Source: Eukaryota sp. TZLM1-RC
Lineage: Eukaryota; Protista; Metamonada: BaSk clade
Assembly: GCA_040285825.1 (NCBI GenBank)
Contig: JAUPSS010000004.1
Location: forward strand, 310,001-374,000
DNA: 64,000 nucleotides
Direction of reading: 5' to 3'
Part shown: piece by piece, positions 1 to 9,994 of the stretch
Numbering within the stretch: position 1 is the stretch's first letter
Layout of the letters: every line of letters begins with the position of its first letter
Notes under the pieces: model-generated
Databases searched by the model: none
What the model was told of the DNA's origin: nothing
The model's input: only the letters and a program-made list of their open reading frames with translations
Position numbers and translations under genes: made by a program

Positions 1-855
1 TTGGACAATGTTGAGTGTTTTCATTCCTTTAAAAGCAGGAACCATCCATTGAGGAAACACACTTCCATCAGAAAGTTCAATCAATCGCTCCCCAGGTTTT
101 AAACTGGGGGTTTCCCTTGCTGGAATGTGAATTTCTTCGTAATCTTGGTGCGGGAATCGTGAAGAGCCTTGGGGAAGGTCTACGTCTGTTGGGATTATTG
201 GTTTAATTGGAGTAAATCTAAAGGTGTGAGTGAGAGAAGAAACTGATTTAGTGGTGACGTCACCACTCACGTCACCAGTTTCCGTTTCAACTTCATCCAA
301 GACAACTTCCTCCATTACTTCCCCTTCCATATCTTCTTCTTCCTCCTCATCAATTGAGTATGCAATGTCCTCGTCAGCTGTCTCTCCCGGAAAGGTGGTG
401 GGGGTAAAGTCTGTGAGGAGGAGGGAGAGTTCGGATAGTGTGCGATAGTCTTGATCAGATATAGGACCTAAGAGTTCACTAGTGGAGTCTCTTCGTTCTC
501 TGTCTGAAATAGCTGATGATTTAAGTATAGAGAGCGACTCTTCAGCTGCAGCATATAGGGTTTCAGATGGTAGATCTCCAAGAATTGTAGTGATAATGTC
601 AAGGAATCGACGATATGCGGAGGCTGTGGCTTCAGTAGCGGGGTGATAAACACCCTCAGCTTGTAGAAATTGGGAAGTTGGTTGGGGTTTAATGATGGGT
701 GCTGATTTTGTCTCTGGACCACCATAGAAAGCTCTAGAGCCCATTTCCTCAACGGAAATCTTTCCACGAAGAGAGGATATCTCAGGAACATCCTTGTCGA
801 CCTTAGGACGGTCAGAAGTTTGAACTATAAGAGAAGGCTGATATCGAGGGTCCAT
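1..855 (-). CDS. BRR2: U5 snRNP 200-kDa Ski2-like RNA helicase Brr2, N-terminal 285 aa (runs off the left edge; absent from the ORF track)
   Basis: Manual translation from ATG 855 is open to the edge: MDPRYQPSLIV...GVYHPATEATASAYRRFLDIITTILGDLPSETLYAAAEESLSILK (Brr2 plug domain), an acidic tract, then DYEEIHIPA...PQWMVPAFKGMKTLNIVQ, the Q-motif region preceding the first RecA domain. Confidence 0.88.
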   Translation of the reverse strand, partial: MDPRYQPSLIVQTSDRPKVDKDVPEISSLRGKISVEEMGSRAFYGGPETKSAPIIKPQPTSQFLQAEGVYHPATEATASAYRRFLDIITTILGDLPSETLYAAAEESLSILKSSAISDRERRDSTSELLGPISDQDYRTLSELSLLLTDFTPTTFPGETADEDIAYSIDEEEEEDMEGEVMEEVVLDEVETETGDVSGDVTTKSVSSLTHTFRFTPIKPIIPTDVDLPQGSSRFPHQDYEEIHIPARETPSLKPGERLIELSDGSVFPQWMVPAFKGMKTLNIVQ

Positions 856-943
856 TTGTTGTTTTAGGGCTATGAGAACTGGAGGTTCCTACAATGAAAA
901 TTCAATCTCATTCTCCAAACGATTTTTTACACAATATCTCAAC
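856..943. promoter_or_regulatory. Compact bidirectional promoter region between BRR2 and RPB11
   Basis: The head-to-head start codons are 88 bp apart. The region contains the palindrome TGAAAATTCA at 895-904. Confidence 0.5.
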
Positions 944-1264
944 ATGGAGCAACCACCAATAGTCTTTACTCCAGACTCTGAGATACATAATGCAGCATTA
1001 TTTACCTTGTCCAACGAAGACCATACTCTAGGGAATCTCATACATGACCACATTCTCAATAACAACAGAAAAGTTATCTTTTGTGGATACAGGGTACCCC
1101 ATCCTTATGAAACACAAGTAGAACTGCGTATAAGAACAGCGGAAAACCAACCCTATGGTCCGGATGATGCCTTTATGGAAGGTATTGAACAACTTCTCCA
1201 TGACGACATTGCGAGAATCATTCTTGAAACACATGGTCTAGTTGACGTCAGTAGAAGGGATTAA
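944..1264 (+). CDS. RPB11: RNA polymerase II subunit RPB11 (RpoL/RPB11/AC19 family)
   Basis: EDHTLGNLI...VIFCGYRVPHPYE...RIRT...P.DAF signature. The likely start is ATG 944 rather than 872. The AC19/RPAC2 paralogue is not fully excluded. Confidence 0.8.
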   Translation: MEQPPIVFTPDSEIHNAALFTLSNEDHTLGNLIHDHILNNNRKVIFCGYRVPHPYETQVELRIRTAENQPYGPDDAFMEGIEQLLHDDIARIILETHGLVDVSRRD

Positions 1265-1812
1265 GTTGTTGTTTGATCTCTCAAGGGCTTTTGGTCCACA
1301 TTTGTAGGTTATGCTTATGTGAGTAATTTCATTAAACTTGATGATGTTGATGATTTGATACAGAAAACTTTATTACAATCTTTTACTGCAACTACACGTT
1401 GTCGCACGTTATCACATTGTTATATAGGAGGAGTTATATAGAAGTTGAATCTTTGTTGTTGAGGATTTCAGTGGAAATTTGAACCAGAAAAGATGGTAGT
1501 AAGCGCAGTGGTTCATTTTGAAAAAATTTTGCTATATTTAAGTCATTTCTAATTATACTTATCGAGAAACATTGTGTTAAGTGGGTATAAATTCGTTGTT
1601 TCGACACCAATTCATCTCCAGTTTCAGGAGCATCAAAATAGGGAGAATGTCATTATACAGCCCAGATTATATGCCCTTCATAACTGATTTGCTTCTGGAG
1701 AGAGATGACTGAAGCATTTTAATAAATAAATAAATTGGAGAAGAAACACAGCTTTTGATAGGAGATTTAAGATTTCAGACTTAGCTAAGGAAAATCATTG
1801 TTCTCTTACATT

Positions 1813-2277
1813 ATGCGAGTCCTTCCCTTTCTCTGTGTTTTGATGGTCACTTATGCGTGCTCACATCATCATAATAGCCATCGTGGTCAAAATCGACACC
1901 ACATTCACCAGCACAACTCATGCAACTGTGCTGCTGATCAGGACTGTGCGTGTACTCTCCCTACCAAAGTTCTCCCTGCTGATGATTCGTCATCATCCAT
2001 CCATCAGTATGAAAGAACCGATGCTTCCACCTTGCCATTCAATACTGACTGTCCCTGCTCTCCTGCATCAGAGACTTGCGAGTGTGTCCCCGTCCCAAAC
2101 CGTAGCTGTATTCAATGCCGTCCTACTTCTGGTTATAACTGCAGATATCATGCTTCATGTAATTCATTTTGCAAGTCGAATGAACATCAGTTTAGGCCTG
2201 GATCAACCAGTTGCCATTGGTGGCCCTCCAGTTCCATTGAGCCCGGTGGTTGCATGATTTGTGGTGATAGGCGATAG
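1813..2277 (+). CDS. Small secreted His/Cys-rich protein of unknown function
   Basis: Signal-like MRVLPFLCVLMVTYAC, a His-rich stretch and many CxC/CxxC motifs. AATAAA follows the stop. Confidence 0.6.
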   Translation: MRVLPFLCVLMVTYACSHHHNSHRGQNRHHIHQHNSCNCAADQDCACTLPTKVLPADDSSSSIHQYERTDASTLPFNTDCPCSPASETCECVPVPNRSCIQCRPTSGYNCRYHASCNSFCKSNEHQFRPGSTSCHWWPSSSIEPGGCMICGDRR

Positions 2278-2834
2278 ATTTGAATGTAAATTGTGCCAAT
2301 AAAGTTTTTAGTCAACCAGTTTTATTAGAATAAAAAATGGACACTTTTCATCAATTTCCAATCAAATTAATTGTCATTTTTGCTGCACCTCTCTCTTAAT
2401 TGAACTATTATATCTGAACATACTACGCTGGTACTGGTTCATTGTTGTCTGATTCCGAATACTTGAAAAGGTGATGGAGGGTCTATATGTTTAAATATTG
2501 AACATATCACTGTGTTCTTTGACAAACCCCAAAAGTTTTGCAGCAAAACTTTCTTTAAAATTCCTAAAAGTACTTTCAAATAGTAACTGTTGCAAAGCGT
2601 CACCAATTTTACACTGGAATAATTCTGCTCCTCTTGTAACCTGTTGAATTACAAAACAATTGCACGAAATTAATTACATAGACTAATAAGGGTGATAATA
2701 TAAGTATATTAGAATAAGACTAGCAGAGATAAGGGTTCGTTTTACTTTTTGATTTTGCTCTTTTCAGCAAAACAAAGCGGAGTTTCACCTTTTCCGCAGA
2801 GTCAATTGATGAATCCTCACAAACATCAATTTTT

Positions 2835-3461
2835 TTTGTTAATTATCAATTTTATTAAAAACCAATAAAGTAACATCTAAATAATCCATCTCTCCCAAAA
2901 CAGAAACACTAGGTGCAACTCTCTCATAGTGAGATCCAAGAGAAAGCGAAGCATCAGAAACCATCTTCAACATCCCCTTAAAAATAGAAAAAACAATTCT
3001 ATTTTGCGAAAACAATCTGTTGAAATTTCTGTTGGGTCTTCTCTTTACAGTTATTTCAAAATCTGCCAAAAAACGTATAGCCGTTGGTGTGTAAGTGAAC
3101 CAAATAAAGAAATTACAAATGAATACAAATTGTATTTTGCATGCTGTTGGGTCGACAATTTGGACAACGGTTCACTGTATTTTTTGATTTTCAAATTTTC
3201 TGCATTTGAAAGAGGATTATGCATTTCAGAATTAGCAAGTCTATCATTTGAGACATTACAGGGATCAACAGTTATTACATCCACTAAAATGAAGGTTCCA
3301 TCTAATCCAGGTAAAATGACATCACATCTATTATTCATATGAAAATAATCTTCAGATTTGACAACAAAGGTTCCAAAAAAGATTCAATGCTATGAGACTT
3401 ACACATACAGTATAATTGGTCTCTTACAGCATCGTAAACCTTGCTTCTTAGGGTAATAAAT
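2835..3461 (-). mobile_element. CRE-like RLE non-LTR retrotransposon, family A, decayed 3' fragment
   Basis: R.DVILPGLDG...DV..VDP and NRIVFSIFKG endonuclease-region motifs. Collinear with 22787-23420. Confidence 0.85.
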
Positions 3462-3527
3462 CGCCAATATTGAAAATACTAATCTCACCTTGCACTTTTT
3501 CCATTGCAATAAACAATTTCTGCATAT

Positions 3528-3991
3528 ATGGCACGCTCCAGTTCCCTTTTTCAACGTCTTTTACGCCTTCGTCAATATAATCTCAAATGGCCGGTCTTTG
3601 GCCTGATCTTACTTGGCTACTTCCTAATTACTTCTGGAATCATCTATGGTATATCTCTTCTTCTTCATCTAACCATACAGATCAAATCGTGGAACCTCCT
3701 TCCATAGGATCGGAACGCGATCCACAAACTGGTGCTGTCAAACCCGTCGCTGTCTTACCAGGCCGTCTCAATGGCCAATACGTCGTGGAAGGCTTTAGTG
3801 CTGCATTTTTCATGATTCTTGGAGCCTGTGGTCTCATCCTCCTTGATTTCGCCTCCACTTCTTTTAGGTTAAGCAAGACTGAGCAACAATCAGTCATTGC
3901 GGCAGGTGGTATCTTCTTTCTATTGGCGTATAACCTTTTGGTAGTATTTCTGAAGAAGAAAGTAGGTGGCTATTTGGTGTATTCTGATTAG
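3528..3991 (+). CDS. OSTC: Oligosaccharyltransferase subunit OSTC/DC2 (one intron, 3649-3680)
   Basis: Removing a 32-nt GT..CTAAC..AG intron gives [21 protein letters not shown]...GRLNGQYVVEG...FLKKKVGGYL, the DC2 signature. Confidence 0.92.
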
Positions 3992-4287
3992 AAAATAAAT
4001 TGTAAAATTTGAACAGCTTTATTAAAAAAATGAAAATCTTCAACAAATATGATGTGAAACTGCATTGAGAAATAATAATTTTGGAAACAAAGGAATTAAC
4101 ACAAATTAAAACTAAATCAAATTACCTAATTAATAATAAATTAATGATTAATGATTACAATGGTCCTATTTACTTCAAAGAAATTTTGGCATCAGATTAC
4201 ATTGATTAAGGTGAAAGTTGGAAAACATGGCGAGACTTGTAATCACAATCAATCAACCAATCAATCAGTCAAAATACTGACCCAATG

Positions 4288-5247
4288 TTAAGACATCTTT
4301 AGCAAATCATTTTTTGGATAAAAATTACTAAGATTTTCAAACAATTTTTCAAAAACAATCAAAATTTCGATTGCCAAACAGCTCTTATGCTCACCTTTAA
4401 CCAATAATAAAAGTTCACTTGATTTCTCCTTGATTGAAGTAATTAAATCATCAAATAAATATTGGTGACTATTACAAACTGTGGAATAAGAGAGACCAAA
4501 AAGAATTAAATAAGCATAAACAAGCAAATAAAACCTATCTTTAAAAAAAGAAATATTAAACCTTCTTATTATATGAGAAATAGTAACATTAGCAGTCTTT
4601 GTAATTAAGATTTGTGATAAGAAAACAGAAATTTTGGGGTCTACACATGCAATAATTGAAATAAAAGAGAAAGGATGGCTCAAGAAGAGATCAGATGGGA
4701 AACTTTGAAATATTAGAGTTTCCTGAACATTTAGGCAGAAAAAACAATCATTATCATGTTTGGTATCAAGGAAACATGAAATTTTCCGAATCAGACTGAA
4801 AAAAATACTAAACTTACACCCATGGTAGGAACAAAAGCCAGGTGTTAGATTAAAAAACAACAAAAGTAATTGATTCAATGATTCATGAGGAACAGTTGTA
4901 AAATCTATGTGATAGTAACAAAGTTCAAAAACATGGTTCAAAATCTCAAAATCATTTGACCTAAGTTGAAGAAATTCCGGAGAATCCGTTATGGAAAAAT
5001 CTAGCAAAAGCTGCAACAACTTTTCAAAATTAATGTCAGTGTGAAGATGGTAAACGTTGGAAGGAATGTCGAGAATGGTGTTGAGAAGAACAGATGATGG
5101 CTGTTCCCGGTAGTAGAGCGGAGTTCCATTGCATAGAGCATGGGATTCAAAGTGAGAATCATCCCAAGAAGCAAATGACAGCACAGTGTTGGGAGATACC
5201 CATTCAGGTGAAGAGTCTCTGTCATTGACAGGGGATGTGAAGGTCAT
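4288..5247 (-). CDS. Hypothetical protein, predicted helical
   Basis: Open frame of about 320 aa in AT-rich DNA; no motif recognised. Confidence 0.6.
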   Translation of the reverse strand: MTFTSPVNDRDSSPEWVSPNTVLSFASWDDSHFESHALCNGTPLYYREQPSSVLLNTILDIPSNVYHLHTDINFEKLLQLLLDFSITDSPEFLQLRSNDFEILNHVFELCYYHIDFTTVPHESLNQLLLLFFNLTPGFCSYHGCKFSIFFSLIRKISCFLDTKHDNDCFFCLNVQETLIFQSFPSDLFLSHPFSFISIIACVDPKISVFLSQILITKTANVTISHIIRRFNISFFKDRFYLLVYAYLILFGLSYSTVCNSHQYLFDDLITSIKEKSSELLLLVKGEHKSCLAIEILIVFEKLFENLSNFYPKNDLLKMS

Positions 5248-6001
5248 CAATCACCTTGTTTATTTTGGTGTTCAAGCTTATGTGTAGCTGATATTAAAGC
5301 AGTGATGCACACGATACAAAATGGTTATATTATCCAATATTGACTTGGGGTTTTCAATTTAGTTGCACAGCGGGACTTGAATTATCATCACTAGATTGAA
5401 CGAATTTTTAAAAATGATCCGAAATTACCAGAGTTGTGAATTGTCTCACGTCGAAGAGTTCTAGAATCCAAAATTGTGGCGTGTGAAGCCATACAAGTAA
5501 TAAACACTAATCTTTCGAATAAGACTAATTAAACCCTTGAATTCAGGAATGACATCATCACTAATTGAAACATCATTACCTTCCCAGTGCAGAATTCATT
5601 TGTTGTTCGTGACAGAGAGCTTTGAGATGAAGCAAGACAGTTTAATAAGTCAATCTAAACGTTAATTACTGAAATAGCAAAAGAATTCAAAAGACTGAAG
5701 AATGGTCATGTAGTGAAAGAATTTCAAATTATACAGCAATAATTTGTTCTAATAGATTACTGTTGTGATTTCTGCTTGATAAATCAATTACAACGTTCTT
5801 TATTATAAGACCATATCTTGTACACAATTGTGGAATATTGATCAGCAGAATGTTGGAAGGAAAAACTGAAAATCAAACGAATTTTACCACCAAAGTGAAT
5901 AAAATACAAAAAAATCCTATTAATTGAAACAAAAACAATAAATCGTAAAAAAATTTCAAAATATTCCAAAAAAATAAATCAAAATAAAATGCAAGAAACC
6001 T

Positions 6002-7939
6002 TCACTTTGCACAAACAAACTCTTCTCCACCAATACCTCTAGAAACAGCACTAAAATCAGAAAATCTTCGTTCCTGGAACCTTTTCTTTGGTGAAAAAGG
6101 TGGGGAAAAACTAATAAAAGGCTCACTCCTGGTTCTTGTTGGAGTCGTAGTTCTCGCCCTAACAGGAGGGAACTTCCTCCCAATCAAATCAAGATGCTCA
6201 CACTGATAGAGAGCCTGAACCGAAATGGCAGGGTCAAGTCTATAAACCCCCAAAGCAACACATTTAGTTAGGACCGGAAAACCTTCTTTTTCTAGCTGCC
6301 TAAAAGCAGATCGACTTAGTAGTATCTGGCCACCATGTGAAGCATTAGTTACAGCTCCACAAACACTTATCTGGCCTCCAAGATAACCTGATCTCGACCT
6401 TCTTGATCGAGTGTATCTGGTTAAAAGGGAGCCCATAAAGGAAGAAGCCGTGACTGAATAATCCACTAAACCATAATGAACTCCCATTCTAACACGCAAG
6501 CCTCTCCATATGAGAGAATCACCATGATAGCTTTCTGTACAGAGAGTCTCCTCAAGCAGCTCACTTGGCCAATTGACTTTATGTACCAAGTTATACTGTA
6601 CATCGGTACAAAACTCCACGGCTTCATTCACAGTGTTGAAGAGTCTGTGGTAAGTGAAAAGAAAGAAAGAAACACACAAGAGAAATCCATCGCCTTCATT
6701 GTAGAACACAAAACCATTATATTTATTTACCATTTCTCTTATTAATTGGTTATGTAATAGCACTGTTGTTTTCATCGTATGTTCACCCTTCTTGCTCCTC
6801 AACTTCTCCCAAAGGTAAGAAGAGCTCATTATGTCGGTCATGACAATGGCTCGGTGTTTTTTCTTTATCCGTGCTTGACCTAGAATGTTAGTAAATTTTT
6901 TGAGAAAAACAAAGATAAATAAAGTGATTAGACCAATCAGAGCCACACAGATATGTCGTTTATTTGCAGCCGTTCTGAGGGAAAGAGGAACTTTGTTTAC
7001 CACGATATTAGGATGTAAACTTGAAGTTCCATTAGTGATAATAAAATCTCCAGCAAACCCCCTAATTGGGGTTAGGGTTGGGGTTGGGGTTAGAGCTGAC
7101 AATGAATTAATTGACTTTGAAAAGCAACAATAAATGTCCAATAGCTCAATATTCACAGGACTTTCAGAGACTTCTGCAGGCAAACTATCAAAACAAGAAG
7201 AGCTTTCATAATGAAGTTCCGGAACATCTAGGAACACCGTATTAACTGCCTGTGAACCAAAGGAAGGCAAGCAGGGAAAAGGAACAAGATAAGCAGAAGG
7301 GAGAAGGTCAATAGCTTCATTAAGAACACGATCAACAAAAGCAACATTGCCTAGGGTGAAAAGCAAAGTGTTTGGAGGTAGTCCAGTTGGTTTAAAGAAT
7401 TCGTTTTTCTTATAGAGTTGCAACGAAACGTTTGTCTTGTCCATGACTTTGAGAATGAAGTTCATCACTTCAGGAAAATGGTAGATCTCAGATTCAGCTA
7501 CAGCAATGTTGGTAAAGGTAGATGAAAGTATAGATAGTGCTGTTTCAATAAGCAGAGGGGGCGGTGGACGAAGAGAAAAGACCAAAGGAAGGAAATTGTA
7601 ATAGGAATCATAAGTAAAAGGAGGGGCGTATTGAAGGAGAAAAATGGGAATATGGTGCGCTTGAAGATAGTTAAAAGTGTTTTTTTCAAGTAAGAGACCA
7701 TGGATGAAGACTGCAAAGATCTTTTTGGCAGAAACAGTAAAGAGAGAGGTGTTTAGTTGCTGCTGTGGGGAAAGATCTATAAAGACTAGTTCAGCAGGTG
7801 ATGTTTTCCAAGATTGTAAGAATGTGACAGTAGAAGCAACATTACCAAAATCATCAGATTTCCAGATGAAGTAGGTGGTATCAGCAATAACAGGGAATAG
7901 ATTGACTGCCAGTATCAGTAAGAAAGAGCAGAGATGCAT
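6002..7939 (-). CDS. Receptor-type class III nucleotidyl (adenylate/guanylate) cyclase-like protein; probable in-frame 33-nt intron at 6645-6677
   Basis: Signal peptide, large ectodomain and one TM (ICVALIGLITLFIFVFL), then AIVMTDI..S..LWE, EGDGF, GLRVRMGVHYG and HGGQILLS. Removing the intron restores EGDGFLLLFNT. Confidence 0.85.
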   Translation of the reverse strand: MHLCSFLLILAVNLFPVIADTTYFIWKSDDFGNVASTVTFLQSWKTSPAELVFIDLSPQQQLNTSLFTVSAKKIFAVFIHGLLLEKNTFNYLQAHHIPIFLLQYAPPFTYDSYYNFLPLVFSLRPPPPLLIETALSILSSTFTNIAVAESEIYHFPEVMNFILKVMDKTNVSLQLYKKNEFFKPTGLPPNTLLFTLGNVAFVDRVLNEAIDLLPSAYLVPFPCLPSFGSQAVNTVFLDVPELHYESSSCFDSLPAEVSESPVNIELLDIYCCFSKSINSLSALTPTPTLTPIRGFAGDFIITNGTSSLHPNIVVNKVPLSLRTAANKRHICVALIGLITLFIFVFLKKFTNILGQARIKKKHRAIVMTDIMSSSYLWEKLRSKKGEHTMKTTVLLHNQLIREMVNKYNGFVFYNEGDGFLLCVSFFLFTYHRLFNTVNEAVEFCTDVQYNLVHKVNWPSELLEETLCTESYHGDSLIWRGLRVRMGVHYGLVDYSVTASSFMGSLLTRYTRSRRSRSGYLGGQISVCGAVTNASHGGQILLSRSAFRQLEKEGFPVLTKCVALGVYRLDPAISVQALYQCEHLDLIGRKFPPVRARTTTPTRTRSEPFISFSPPFSPKKRFQERRFSDFSAVSRGIGGEEFVCAK

Positions 7940-8049
7940 AAATAACTATGCCCATAGATGTATTGTATCTAGTGTATATCTTGTTGAAGAACAGTTACAA
8001 GGATAGTTTAACTTGGAAGGTTTTTTTCAAATTTTTGATTTATTACTTT

Positions 8050-9180
8050 CAAAAAACAAAACACAAAAATTAAAATTCTATATCTTATAAATAATCATCC
8101 AACAAAAATTGATTGAAAGTTCTCGCTTCATAAAAGCGACCACGAGATAATAAAGCAGAAGATAATAAAGGGACAACACCTTTAAAAATTGAAAACGCAA
8201 TTCTATCCGCCACAAAAATTTTGTCAAAAATTCTTTCCATACGTTGTTTTACAATTTCACCAAAATCATCCAAAAAAGATAAACAAGGTCGTCTAAGCGT
8301 ACCATGTAAGGAAAAAGCAAATGGGCAAAAGACATAATGAGTTTGAGATTCAGCACTCAAGGAAACCAACTTTGCTTTATATTTATCAATTTTAGTATTT
8401 TCTGCAACAGACAGCGGATTCTTGTGTTTTAACTGAGCTAATGGTATGAAAGTACTTTTACACATATCAGTTGAACGCACATCAGTAATCATGGTGGTCC
8501 CATGAAGTCCTTCATGCATTAAATCACCTCTGTTACGACCAAAAGAATTCAAAGTATCCTCATCAACCAAACGAGAAAGTAATGGTTCCAACTAGGAGAC
8601 AATTGTGCGAGACTTAGACAAACAATAGAGCTGATCTCTAACTGCATCATGGACTTTTGATCGAAAAGTAATAAAATGTTTACAGTTAAACAAATGATTT
8701 GGAGAACTTTTTGATCCACATTTGCAAACCAAATTATGAGGATCGGTATTGGGTTAAATAGAACAACGAAGGCGCATTGTACAAGAAAATTCGGTATCAT
8801 CTAGACGACCATAAATTTGAGGAATTTGAGTAATTAAACACAAAGAGGAACTGTTTTGAGCATCTCAAGAAAAATTTGGGAAAACGGGATAATCATTTTT
8901 GGCTGAGCCAAGACGAACATTAAAATCCAAGCATTCACACATTATTGTTAATTTTTGTTGCAATTTTTAACACAATACCTCAAATTAACTAGTGTTCTAG
9001 GTGGTATTTCCTGCACCTTATCGGAAGAGCATTTACTCTAGCTTTCAGGAGGCAAACAATCAAGGGCATTTTCAAGGTCTCTTAAATAATTATTGCTTGT
9101 AGAATTCAATAGAGCAACATCATTGGGAAAACGGTTGCAAAATTCAAACAAGGCTTTTCCCTCCACCAAGAAAAGCAGCT
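8050..9180 (-). mobile_element. CRE-like RLE non-LTR retrotransposon, family C, 5'-truncated and decayed
   Basis: EPLL...NRGDL...TDVRSTD...K..KY...PFAFS RLE motifs. Collinear with 54830-55940. Confidence 0.85.
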
Positions 9181-9194
9181 ATAATTAATATTTA

Positions 9195-9280
9195 TTAAAC
9201 TTACACACTTAATAAAATTAATTCAAAACTAATGGGACAAAATTCATTGAACCAAAGTTTACTCTACAAAATCTTGATCG
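9195..9280 (-). mobile_element. Short 3'-terminal remnant of retrotransposon family B
   Basis: Matches 10000-10085 and the reverse complement of about 61830-61920. Confidence 0.6.
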
Positions 9281-9399
9281 ATCTAATGAAGTTACTTCAA
9301 AACTATACAGTGTTTCTCGACTTTCGTTTTCGCTACTCGTGATAATGTATTGAGATCAGGTTGTTGAATCGGACTCATTGGTATAGCATCACCTTCAGA

Positions 9400-9960
9400 C
9401 TATCATACAAACGGATTGCCAAAATTTTTCCTTAATTTTATGAATCAGCTTCATGTCTGCTTTTTGTTTTCCCTTGTGTTGGGAGAATTTTTCTTTTCAA
9501 TATTGTATTTGGTTAAATAAATTTGCTGGTTTCGTTCTAAAATTTCCTTTGCACAAATGCACTCACAAAATTCTTCCAAATTCGTTGATTTTGATTGCTT
9601 CCTCATATTTTATCTATAACTTTCTGTATTACTGTTGACGAAGTATTCACCTTGCCGTTTTTTGTATCCTTTCGATGTTTTAAAAAACCTAGCGAAGAAT
9701 TTCACCTTGGGTAGAAGACCAGGAGTCAATATTATGAATAACTTCTTATTTGTATTGTTTTCTTTGGATTGTTTCCTCATACAGCTCTACTTCATCTTCA
9801 TCATTTGAAAGTTTTGTACAGCAATCATCTTGATTTAATCTTTTTGAAACAGCATGATTCAAATCATACGCAGTTCGATCTGCGACAACTCAACCTTTGG
9901 AATGAAAAGTTGGTAATTTTTAAGAATGATTTGTTCACAATGATTAAATTGTTAGTTAAA
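9400..9960 (-). pseudogene. Fanzor/TnpB-like relic (RuvC-I to bridge-helix region), frameshifted
   Basis: Across frames: ID(+1 nt)PG at 9718-9730, SKSTNLEEFCECICAK, and KRKFSQHKGKQKADMKLIHKIKEKF(+1)GNP. This resembles the Fanzor1 pattern SKT...F..Y...RKLKF...KQK...L...IK.KFG. Confidence 0.5.
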
Positions 9961-9994
9961 AACTTCCCCATTTTTTCTCCTATCCAACATAAAT

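Noticed and set aside
230-791. ORF-track calls 230-448 (+) and 468-791 (-)
   Set aside because: Both are shadow or alternative frames of the BRR2 coding sequence.
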